Assembly (NCBI GenBank): GCA_973895155.1 | Contig: OZ316892.1 | Coordinates: forward strand, 25,877,233 to 25,941,232 | Source of the DNA: Marsupella aquatica | Taxonomy: Eukaryota > Plantae > Marchantiophyta | Length of the DNA: 64,000 nt | Direction of reading: 5' to 3' | Shown: positions 12,861-24,433 of the stretch, one piece after another | Layout of the letters: every line of letters starts with the position of its first letter | How positions within the stretch are numbered: the stretch's first letter is position 1 | Translations under genes and position numbers: made by a program | The notes under the pieces: model-generated | Seen by the model: the letters and a program-made list of their open reading frames with translations, nothing else | The model's database searches: none | Told to the model about the DNA's origin: nothing

Positions 12861-14464
12861 ATATTGAAATGTATCAAAGAACTTTGAACGGACCCCTTCA
12901 CGTTAGAGTACTTGCAACGAGCTGATGCAATGAAGCATCTTGTTCCGTTTCTGGACAAACGGGAGGGCCTTACGTTTCACAGATACATAATCAGGTGTGA
13001 GGTTCCCAAAATGTGACCCTAGTTTATACGTCTTAAAGATAGTTGCGTACTTAGATTAGGGGCAGATGAAGCTATGACTCATCCTCGAGATTTTTTTGTG
13101 AAATCCAGATTAGATCTAATGAGAATATGACAATTCAGTTACTACGACAAGTATCGGTTCTTTATATTGCTCTCAACTTGACAAACACGTCCAGTCGATG
13201 TGGATGGTTGTCAACGTCCAGGAATATTGTTGACGCTAACGAGGTTGTTTGTGGTATTCTCGCAGGTGCTAAATGCTTTACACAATCTATGCAAAATCAA
13301 CAAACGGCGGCAAGAACAGGCAGCTGAAAGTGGCATCATTCCTCACTTGATGCATTTCATCAAGGAGAATTCTCCTCTAAAGCAATTTGCGTTGCCTTTG
13401 TTGTGTGATATGGCTCACGCCTCACGTTATACGAGAGAGCAATTAAGAGCACACAAGGGCCTAGAGGTCTATTTGAGTCTTCTCAATGATGAGTACTGGG
13501 CAGTCACTGCTCTGGACTCTCTTGCAGTCTGTCTTGCCCATGATAATGAACAGCGAAAGGTGGAACAAGCCTTAGTCAAGAAGGATGCTTTGCAAAAGCT
13601 GGTGGCATTTTTCCAGTCCTGTTCGGGACCTCTTTTGGAGCCGTTTCTTAACATCATCACGTAAGTGCTTCTATTTGTTGTTTGAGAGACCAGTTATTGA
13701 CTTCATCGCACTTCAGACGTATAATGCCAAAACGTTTTTGGTTGCATGGTCCTTGGTATTGGATTCGTTACCACTGATCATTAACATAAAGGTAGCCGTT
13801 TCTGTTTTGTGCCTGCAACCGCAGCCCCTAACGATGCACTGGGTCAAGTCCTACGGACATGGAAACCTGTTTCTGCAATGTATTGTTTGGTGAACTCACC
13901 GTTGCATTGATGCGGGGAAAGACGATTTCAATTATCCGTCGCTTGAAACGTTTTGCAGGAAATCTGTCCGCTTGAATACAGAACTAGCTGTGTCTGGTTT
14001 GACGCCACTTCTGGTGGGAAGGCTGGATCACCAAGATGCCATTGCTCGCTTAAATCTTTTGAAACTCATCAAGGTGAGGATTGCATGTTCTCATCATAGT
14101 ACTCTTCGTCGTCTGTTATTTTGATGGTATCCTGAGTTTGAACCACAACTCTTGTCCGCAGTTACTTAACGTCTGTTGTAGCAGATTTATTACAAGACAG
14201 GTGGGTCTTGATGATGACGGGAATTAAGCTTCGAGTCATTGTAATTTGTTCTTTAATTCACATGCTTTATAAACTGGGGTTTTACCTGCAGGCCGTCTAT
14301 GAGCACCACCCCCGACAAAGCAGCTGATTGTGGAGCACGATTTACCCCAGAAACTTCGTGAATTGATTGAAGATCGGAACGGTGAACGCTCTGGCGGTCA
14401 AGTCCTCGTGAAACACATGGCCACAGCTCTACTCAAGGCTCTTCACATCAACACTGTTCTTTAG
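12861..14464 (+). pseudogene. 5'-truncated MAP3K-epsilon (Cdc15/Cdc7-like) kinase pseudogene; ARM-repeat C-terminus only
   Basis: Exons ~12861-12994, 13266-13660, 13959-14073 and 14292-14464 spell VLNALHNLCKINKRRQEQAAESGIIPHLM..PLKQFALPLLCDMAHASR..DHQDAIARLNLLKLIKAVYEHHP..SGGQVLVKHMATALLKALHINTVL*, the conserved MAP3K-epsilon C-terminus. TGA at 12885, 1-nt deletions at ~12969 and ~14316, and no kinase exons upstream. Confidence 0.85.
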
Positions 14465-14488
14465 TCAGAGTTGTCCCTTTACCAGAAC

Positions 14489-14536
14489 AAAAAGTTACTC
14501 CCTAAAGAGTGCAAAAAGTTACTCCCTAAAGAGTGC
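14489..14536. repeat. Tandem duplication, 2 x 24 bp
   Basis: aaaaagttactccctaaagagtgc x2. Confidence 0.85.
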
Positions 14537-17500
14537 AGCACTGGCTTGAGCCCCAGCCACCCTTGACAATGTCCCCCATGGTACACATTCCATGGCCTTT
14601 CGAGGGTTGGAAATCTTGAATGTGTCTTTGAACCATTTAAGATTGCATGCGACCTTTCTAAAGGTTGTACTAATTATTTGCGAGATCTTGCCATTATTTT
14701 GAGTAAATTTGTCAATATATTTGAGCTTTCTCATTCCTGACTTGCAATTCACAGAGCAATTACAAGCACCACAAGACAAGTACTGGGCCAGCTTGCCTGT
14801 CTATGGCTGCAAGGTTTTTAACAAGTGCCTTCCGATTAGCACAGCAGCGTCTGTTGATGCTGTAACAACAGTACCACAACATATTAATCAGATAGATCTT
14901 CGCAGGTTCATTCACACCGTTATGGAATAGAGAGAACAAGTACACCTGATTCAACTCTCGTTACATAGCAGTTGCCAGCAGAATGTCTGCTGCGTTGACT
15001 TTCTGTGTGGACCTGGTAAGCTGCTGCAGTGAGTAGTATTATATATCTTGGGGAATTCAAGTCGCATTTGTGGTTTATTTGCATGATCTTTGCTTAACAC
15101 CTGACTAGTCTATAGGAACACTACTTGTGGGAGTACATGCAGTGTGTAGGCGAGATTTCCTCTTGTGCTGTGACATGTCCTTTCCCTGGTGTTAGTTCTG
15201 TCGATCGAGAGTCAAAGTCTTTGGATTGAAGCCTATGACATGCTGCAAATTTGGGACTTGGCTCTCTTTGGGAGTATTTCTACCTGCTAACCCGTCTATT
15301 GCCGACTATGCTCATGGCTTCCCAACTCTTGGATACTAGCCTGAAGTTCATTGACAGGTGAGGCTCCTTTCTATTGAATATGAAGAGCAGCGAGTTTGGG
15401 AAAGAGGATGGTGGATGTTGGATGGCATTCATGGTTAGAACAAATATTTGGCAACAGCCAAGCTTCCTGGGCGTATCTGGTGGCCTTTGTGGAAGGTGCA
15501 GGAGGATAGGGTGCAAAATATATTGCACCTGCAATGCACTTGAGGTGGACTGGAGGAACTTGGTAAAGCAGTCTGTAGCAGATGTGCTGGAGGAGCTTAG
15601 AACAGAAGCTGCAGAACTGATCGGATAACGTTATTTCTGGTAAATTTTGATGCTGTAAAGATATTATAGAGATATATATTAGGTTACATCAGGTCATCTT
15701 GATTTGGAGTATATATGTCTAGTTATTGTTACAATTATGTTGAAGTGATCTACAAACCATGTTGCGTCACAATTGGTGACAAGATTATCCATTGACCAAC
15801 TTCGGATCCTGCTTTTACGAGTTCAGCTTGAGATCTGTTTGATGGTACTCGCAGTTCCGTTTGTTGTCTCCTTTGTATTATTTGTGCGTTGTTCACAGCC
15901 TCCTGGGGTAAATGCAAGGTCTTGTTACCTACTGTGACTCGTCATGGACGATCGAGGCAGGCATACCTCGAGACCTTGTGACCCTGGCTGAGCGCAAATA
16001 GAGGACCGAACTGGATCATGGCATTGCTAGTCTGCATTCGTCGCATCGGAGATTTCTGCAGGAATCGAGGAAGACAGTCAATAGTCAACCAGTTTGAGGG
16101 ATAGGAGAGCACTAGGTCAGCATGCTAAGACTTCAGTAAGGAACGGGAAAATGTTTGCTCTTTTATGTGCCATTCATGGCGCTACCGTCGAAGGAGTTCG
16201 AGCCACGACAAAGGGAGCACAAAACCAGAGTGGAATTTTCCGAAAAGTTGGGGTCCGAAGGGCTCAAGGACTAACTCAAGACAGAGGACATTGAGTCTTC
16301 TGGGTATGTTCAGCCCGGATTTCTGGAAATGTTGGAGTCTGGGCTAATCGATCACAGCACTAAGGATGCCGTCGATGCATTAATTGGGAGACAACTGGGC
16401 GATTGAGGTCAACCAAGATGGCTAAGCATTGTGAGATGCAAGCGAATGCATTCCGCATTGGATTGGTACTTCGAGGAACAGTTAATCCCATTTGGGCAGT
16501 AGGGGATTGAGGTGAGCCAAGTGTTGCTTCAAAGCATTTGTTCCGTGATCTCAAGCACTCGGTGGGGTAGTGGAATTTTTTGTTAAGAATGTAGGACTTG
16601 GGTGCTCTTGCGCCAGAGACAATCTTATGTCGATTAATTCTTGTTTGACACGAAGCTCTGATGAAACTAGCCACTTTTGGTACTCAAGGGAATCCTTCCT
16701 CCCCGATCAACATGCAATGAGCTACGGTCTTATGGTTCGTCTTGTCCCTAGTTTTGCTCGATATATGGCTTCTAAAGTACGGCAAGGAGCGCATTTTGGT
16801 TTCTGCCCGACGAAGGATTTCTCAGTGTGTTAGCTATAGTCTTGATTTTGGAATGCAGAATCAAAGCCATCCACAATCATGCACCCAGCATGTATGTTCA
16901 GTATTTCCATTTTGAATTCAAGTGGCCGCATTTTGGATGTTCCACTGCGGTGAAATGTGTGGATGTCGTGAGACACATGACTGATCAGCTGTTGAAATTG
17001 ACCGGGAGAAATTACTCTTGCCCATCGTACTTTTGAATCCGGACACCTTATTGCAAGAGAGTCCTATTATGGATGTACCAATAGGTTATAAATTCAAGGA
17101 AATGTTAGCATTCACACCAGCCAGAGAAAACTCGTTAGTTGGGATAAAGCAGGCGTGGTCATTGACAAAATTTTATTTTTGCTAAATTTCTGGAAATTGT
17201 ATAAGGGAGGGGATGAACGGGGTATGAGCTGTATGTCTTGGGCTTCGCTTCGGGAAAGTTTGCATCTGAATAACGGAGATTGATACAATTGTAGGCAACA
17301 GTATTTCTTCCATTAGAACCTTACAGAATGAAGGCAATATTCAGCATCACTACCATCTACTATGACCCGTGCATCATTTGCTAAGGCTCTCTACTTTTGA
17401 TAATTTGACTATCGAGTCTTTTGACGTTTGGGGAGGTATCCACACTCAGCAGGTAACTCTACAACAGCCGTGTTGGAAAAAACTAGGAAAATATGGATTT

Positions 17501-18068
17501 TGATCCTTTCATTCTCCAGCCTATCTTTGCGGCGAACGAGGAAATTTCGAAATCTGGCCGTTTAAGAACACTTCCTTGCTTTCAAATGCGTATAGGATGT
17601 ATAGCTTGTAAGGCGTCAGTTCTGGACCTCATGCTTGAGATTCGCGAGCTGGTTAGTGAGAAATCACGTTTCCAACTTGTACTGTGATGTCCCGATGCGG
17701 CTCGGTTTGAGAGATAAATTGCAATGTTTCCTTTATGATCAGCTCTTCCAACTCGTGTAATGATTAAGTGAAGTCCCTCGTGTGACAAAAATATGGCAAT
17801 GTTTCCTATAAGTATTCAAACTTGTAGTGCGATCGCCCCACCTGACTCGTTTAGAATTGACTCTACCTATTCGTAGTGAATCGTTTGGAATTGACTCTTC
17901 CTATTCGTAGCTAGTAACTTGAGTAGGAAATGCATGTCCATAGTTTGACCACTTGATTTCGCATATCTGGACAAGAAAAGATATGCTGCGGCAAACCATC
18001 TGGAAAGTGTCCAAGAAACTGTACTGCTGAGGTAAATAGAAACCGAATTCCAGAAAGTATGGATGAAA

Positions 18069-20827
18069 TTAGGATGAAAAGTACTTCCACCAACTTTTGG
18101 TATCGGACGTGTTCTTCAGCGGTTGTAGTACAGTTGCAGCTTTCACAACCACCCGGCCCTTGCTGTCCTGTGTGTAACCTACATTGATTCCCTCAACAAG
18201 AACATGATACAGTACTTCGACTTCTTCAGCTGCAATTTGGGCATCGTCAGAGTCTGTGGGGATGTTCTCTTTAACGGTAGCGGGCAAGATGGTGCTCAGC
18301 AGCTCAGGATCAGTCACCTCACTAACACTCGTGCCACGAATAATATCGGCAAGAACACTTAGCTTGGCTGGGTGGGGTTTGTGTCTTTGATTCAGTGAGC
18401 GAATATCTCTTGACAGAACCTGGTTAAGGAGACCCTGCAATTCCTCAGGGCTTGAATACAAAGAATATTTACCCTGCAATTGCATCCGAAGAAAGTGGGT
18501 TGTCAGTTCAGACATACGACAGGTTACATCTTTAAAAAACCAATGCAGCGCACCACATGAAATTCTTCCCCCAACAGGTGCCATATCAGCGCATTCTAAA
18601 AACTTGGTCGTCAATTAGGAAGATATTGCACTCGGTATATGATGTATACCATACCATTGTTGTCCAACACTCTACTAGATCACTCTTAAATGTGTCCGTT
18701 AACTCCACCGAATGCACAGCAATGATATCATCAGCATCTCCTGCCTATAACACAAAAAAGTTGCAGTTTCAGCGCTGACCGCTACTAAACAGAACAATGA
18801 CAAAGTCGATTGAGGGAGGCAAGAATCACGATAGCAAAAATTCAGCTTAGCTACCAAGAATACAGATTAATCTACATCAACTGACAAACACTGAGTGAGA
18901 ATTAATTAACCTGGACAAAGCTGGGAGCCTTGGCCTCAGTAACAGCATCACAATATGGCAGATATGGTTTCACATCAAGCACTGGCTGCAAACAAACAGT
19001 TAGTTTTTTACTACGTTTATCAGAGAGTCAATTTACACCCACAAGCCATGTGATATGGCAGATTTTGCGATTGCCGAAGGAATAGCTCTGCCATAAAATT
19101 ATCTCCATTTTGGCGGGGGGATGTGACAACACAGCAACACCTTTTATGCCAACATTCGAATATGCAAATTTAGAGAAACAACCCACATACCGTGCCATCA
19201 ACAAGATCAGCGCCCGAGATAAACAGCCTCCCTCTATGTACCCCTTCAATCTGTGGTCACCAAAGTGAATGATGCATCAACTCAACATAAGACAAGAATA
19301 AGTCCAGGGTAACTTCACAACCGACCACATCAGATTAAAGGCCGCAAGAATAGATTTACTCTAAACCTGAGGTGTGCCACGAGATGACCATCTCCTCCCA
19401 GTCCTTCGTTACATGACGACTAACATCCCAAAAACAACCACAAATATTTCTATATAGGCAGTTCTAAAAGGACAACTGACAAACCTTTGCAACAGTGAGT
19501 CCAATTGGCAGTGGACGATGGGGTGTACGAGTGGCCAGCACCCCCACTTTCTTGCCGTCTAGCCTTGGAACGTGTACCTAAAGGCCATTCTAACCCAAAA
19601 TTAGTGTAAAGCTCCTACCAATCTGGAAGAAAAATAAAATAATAATAATAATACAAAGAAATCTCTTACGTTAACAATTAAAAACCTTCTTAGCGTTATC
19701 ATACCGTCACACTTCACTCATAAGTCGGAGCTCATCTACACCAGGAACAACATCAATCAAGCTCGAAAAAGGTCGTTATACATTGAATTTTACTATCTAC
19801 TTTGATGATTGAGAATTACACACCTTTGCTTTGAAATCACTGTGAGCAGGATTTTTCCACAACCTTGGCAAGTCGGTGTTGGCGTGAAACACATAGAGCA
19901 GCCAGCAGTGAGAGTACTCCATTAAGCCCTCAAAAGCTTCTGCAGGCACTCCTCCTGGAGTCAGCTCTAAGCATGCCCTAGCCTGGGTCACGAGCAAAGG
20001 CTGTCTTGGAGTTCCATTTCTGAAGGGTGTCCAAGATTTCACAGGAGAAAGTACCCAGATTAGATGCATAACAGTTTCGTTTGAACAAGAGATTGACGTT
20101 CTAAATTATTGTCAATTATTTTCGACAGAGTGCAGCAATGCTAGATAATATATCTTACCTTGTAGAAAAGCATGAGCGAACCGTGCCGATCGGGGTCATG
20201 GGATATGCTGTCACACTTGCATTCTCACAGTTGTCGCCCACCAGTGCATCCCTCAACTCCTGCATTCAGCATCACCCACTGTCGTGATGTGTTTTATAGC
20301 CAGTCATACCCAATCTGCAGCAGATTACAGGTTGTTGGGTAGTGAGGGGACACCCATTTTGAGACTGCAGTGTGGCTTCTAATCAATCCTCGAGTACTAA
20401 TTTCGTCGATTCAGGGCACGGGGTCTTCAGCCGTCGATGACAGGCCTTTCGTGTGAGGATTATTTAAGGTCTGCAGAGTTGTTGAATCCAGGTAACTGAT
20501 GTTGACAAGACTTAAAGAATATGGAGGCGTATTATACACCCTTCGTGCGATGAGACTAAGAATGAACACAAGTGCTTACAAAGTAGTCGCATAAAACAGA
20601 GAAGCTATCGAGCTAAATCAGAGGTGCTGCATAAAAAGTTTTACCTGTTGGGCACGAATCCGGCCAGTTCGCTCTGCAGCACGCTCTCTCTGTGTGGCCT
20701 TCAGCTCCTTCTCAGAGTCCTTCAATGCAGCTTTCAACTCTTCTACCTTGCGTTCCAGAAGTCCAGAAGAATTCTTCGCTACCACTTTCTGCACTGCAAG
20801 TCTCCACCACGATGTGAATGTCTCCAT
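18069..20827 (-). CDS. TrmO/TsaA-like tRNA (adenine(37)-N6)-methyltransferase, 8 exons
   Basis: Exons 20827-20645, 20259-20159, 20019-19824, 19577-19485, 19250-19191, 18985-18911, 18744-18655 and 18473-18069 with GT-AG introns. Motifs MTPIGTVRSCFSTRNGTPRQP, YSHCWLLYVFHAN, VPRLDGKKVGVLATRTPHRPLPIGLTV and GADLVDGTPVLDVKPYLPYCD are diagnostic of the TsaA/TrmO family. The start codon is less certain. Confidence 0.9.
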
Positions 20828-22055
20828 ATTCTTTAAGTCTGGTCAACATCAGTGAAAGAGAAAATGTCTCTCTCGCTCTCGCTCTGTCTGCCCCCCACTC
20901 TCTCTCGCTGACTGCGGAGCAAGCTCGTCGTTACGTCCGCACTGGGCGTCGTCGTCGTCGTCGTAGTATAGCAGCCAGCACAGATCATTCTACTGAGCAC
21001 TGCTTCGAATGTATGACAGAAGATTTGTTCCGCCTTACTCTTTTCCTTGCGCCGCCTACGTGCAGGCGATAGGGCTCCGATTTGATGCGACCGGCCGTTC
21101 AATTCGGAAGGCGTTCGTGCTCAGGAGTGTTTCCAATCTCTAATAATTGGTCCGTCCCTCCAGTTCGTTCTCTGGGCGGAGTAGTCTCGAACGGAGTGGT
21201 GTGGTGTGGAGCGGGTTGCGGTGCTGTAACATTACTCGCTTACATTGGACTTCCTAGGTTGCTTTCTTTGTTGCTCTCTTATGATCGAGCTCATGCCGAC
21301 GGGATGCTGCTGCTTGTGAAGGAGATAAGCTGTTGCACGGTTTGGGTTTTGCTTCACCGTGTTTCGAGTCTGGTACTGCGGAAGAGAAGTGAAGGATGAA
21401 CAGCCGCTTTCTGTCTGCACTACTGGAAAGCATGTTGGGTCCGTAGTTCGCACTATCTGGATTGGGTATTAGCATGATGAAAGGAGGAAGTAACGGAGTC
21501 GACAAGGGTAGAATGCAGAAATCCTTTGAGGTTATGGGTGGCGAGATTAGGAATGTAACAAACCGCAACAGTTCTAACAAACTGATGCAGTCTATTGAGG
21601 GCTTTGAGGGCTTTGAGTGCTTTCTACCAGGGCTGTAACAGAGCCCTACTTTTAGTGGTACGGTACGACTCTAGACCAATCCAAGACAGGAATCGTAGGA
21701 GAAAGCGGGCTGCCCATTTTCGCACCTCCGGAGGTCCGATAGTCTAGCGCCCGGATGAGAGTCCCGAGCCGGCTGGCCTGAGCTAATCCATACCAGAATG
21801 CAGGTTTGGTTGTTCCCACAGCTCAACTTGTCGTGCCAGTCTTCTAAAGCTCCGGGCAGGCTGAAACAATGGTCGTGATTGATTCTATCCTGAAAAAAGA
21901 TGGACTAAATTGTCGCGCCCATCTTGTAAAGTGGCCCTTAGGTGAAGAATTGGAAGGCACTCCGAGCTGCTTGGAGTGCAACATGTGCGGAGATGTAGGC
22001 TTTCAAGACCACCTACTGCACTGTTCTATAATGTTTGACCTCGAAGTATAACAGA

Positions 22056-22170
22056 ATACCACGTGCAATTCTAGCCTAGTATAAATAGATCTATTTTATT
22101 AATATGTTATTTTATAAAAAATATATATTAAAAAATATTCTATAAGCATAAGTTTATAATATATTCTTTT
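22056..22170 (+). mobile_element. Partial copy of the 11388-11675 MITE family
   Basis: taccacgtg.aat.cta.ccta.tataaataga.ctatttt...tattttataaaa..atatattaaa.aatattctataagcat.agtttataata aligns with 11420-11570. Confidence 0.6.
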
Positions 22171-22831
22171 AGACTCTAAAAAATAGTTCTTTTAGACCCT
22201 AAAAAATAGTCTCTACAGGGTGCAAGTCTTTACTCAGAGTTTCCTACACCATTTGGAGTGGCGAGAGTAGACTTGCAACTATTTACTGAAAGGCTTGACA
22301 GTCTTGCACCCCCAACATTTCTTCGTAATTTGGAGCAGTCCACAATATAAATGTTGGTTGATTTGACTGGTCATGACTAGTGGACCCTCCACTCCGCTGA
22401 AGCTCTAGTGATGTAGTCTTCCATCAAATATAGCCTCTTTAATAGTAGACACATCTACAGATCGTTCTATCGGTTCTCCATATCTGAAGGCTCTATTGTG
22501 TGCCAGTGTGCATTACTGCATCAGATTAAAGTCAGGATATCTTGGTCCAACTTGTGGGTGTGGCCATGGTTCTAGAATGTCCTCCAAGAAGAAATCTACA
22601 TTACTTTCCGTGGCAGGTAATATTTCTGGGCCATAAATTACAATGATAACCTTTAGTGTATACCTACTCCATTGGGAAGCGAGACCTTGAGCGCACCCTT
22701 GGAAGTAACTAGTGCCGTTTTGTCAAAAGTTGCGACGCCACCTGATTTAAACCAAGGGTTAGGTGATTTGATGATTGTTGTAGGAGAAATCCGAAGTGCA
22801 GCCTGTTTGCTCAAAGTTTGAAAGATCATCT

Positions 22832-24433
22832 TGTAGGAAACCGTCAGCTCAGACTAGGCAGCAATGCGGATCTTGATCTTGATCTACAAATCGCAAGGTA
22901 CTCATCACTGATCAATGCCAACACTGAACTCGCAAATCGCAAGGTACTCATCAGTCAACTTATCTCCCACAGTGGTCACCTCGTGCACAATCTCATCAAA
23001 GAGACTTAGGTGATCACGCATGTTCCCACCATCCTTCAGCTTCAACCTGAACAGCCGCTCCAACTGGTAAATACGAGTAGTCAATGAAGTACTCTGGTAT
23101 AGCTAAGTAAGCGTATCCCAGATCTTCTTGGCGTTCCGATCCATCCCCAATACATTCTTGAGAATGTTGTTGGCCAAGAACAACTTGATTGTACTACACG
23201 CCTGCACCAACATGTCTTCCCACTCCTCACCTATCAGATTAGAGGGCTTCACTCTAGTGATGGTCTTCTCAAGACCCTGCTGGATCAACACGTTGGTCAC
23301 CTTACGAGTCCAAAGGCTAAAGCTGACCTTCCCGTCAAACTTCTCCACCTCAAACTTTGGCGCTGCAAGCTTTCGTGAAGCCATGGATGATTCCACAAAC
23401 ACATAGGGTACCGAACTACCTCCACTCAAAAATTTACCAATTAACCTTTATGAATGCATAAAAAACTGACTTGAATAAGAAAGTTAATGGCAAAAATATT
23501 TTTGGGTCGCTCTTAGTTCGACCCTACTTCAGGTCGCCCTTGGAGCGAGGCTCCCCTTGGTGACTCCGGGTCGCCCTTGGAGCGAGGCTCCTTCGGGTCG
23601 CCCTTAGGGCGAGGCTCCGTTGGGTTACTATCAGAAACCCTATTACCTTAGTTTGTTGTTAACATGTGAGGGGCCCACCTGTTGGCCTTATCACAATAAC
23701 ACGTGCCGCTATGAGCACGATTGAGGTAGATTCTCAATCCCCAATCTTATCACTTGAAAATCCGTGCTCAGTTCTTGACCAGCCAAATCAATTCAATCTA
23801 CACGATTGATTACCAAGATCCAACAATCCACTGCAACATTCAAATGGAAAGATACACAAGAATTGTGGCACCGGTCGGAGAAAATCCTGTCACAAACTTA
23901 GCTATCTGCAAATCAGTTTGGTCGAAACAACGCCAGCACCCTGACGACAAGGTGCTCAACCATGTAATTCGACCACAAGCTCTAACAAGAACCCCGATAT
24001 CATGCAGAAAATGCAAGTTGTGACGCTGCGCCCAACTCTCCGTCGCGGAACTGCAACAAACGTCGGAAAAAACTGCAATCTTAAGCTCCGTAGAAGCCAA
24101 ATTTTGGCTCAAAATGTCCAGAACTCCACAGGTTATCAGTTAAGCAACTTCTTCCCCAGATTCAGTAGTTGATTCAGACATCACATTGTAAACAAGCTCC
24201 CGGCCGCCACAACCGAGCAACCACGACAAAGAAAATTGTCACCTCTTCCGAACAGAAAACTCCAGCGCAAAGCGCCCAGTGAAACGATCATGCAATCACC
24301 GATAGTGATTCAATCTTTCACACGATCCAGCACATCAAACATTCTCCCCATTGCCCAGTCAACCGAACGTTGAACATGAAGCTCTGATACCACTTGTAGG
24401 AAACCGTCAACTCAGACTAGGCAGCAATGCGGA
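22832..24433 (-). mobile_element. Internally deleted Ty1/Copia LTR retrotransposon (gag remnant)
   Basis: A 39-bp LTR terminus tgtaggaaaccgtca(g/a)ctcagactaggcagcaatgcgga occurs at 22832 and 24395. The tRNA-iMet PBS TGGTATCAGAGC (minus strand, 24392-24381) abuts it. Gag reads KFEVEKFDGKVSFSLW..IQQGL..AKKIWDTL*LYQ with a premature stop at 23103. No pol. The far end of the 5' LTR is not resolved. Confidence 0.85.

Noticed and set aside
15200-17330. Possible LINE remnant (CLTRSSDETSHFWY resembles a zf-RVT motif)
   Set aside because: Too degenerate; no RT or endonuclease motif could be read
21082-21580. ORFs upstream of TrmO suggesting a divergent gene
   Set aside because: No conserved motif or consistent splice pattern
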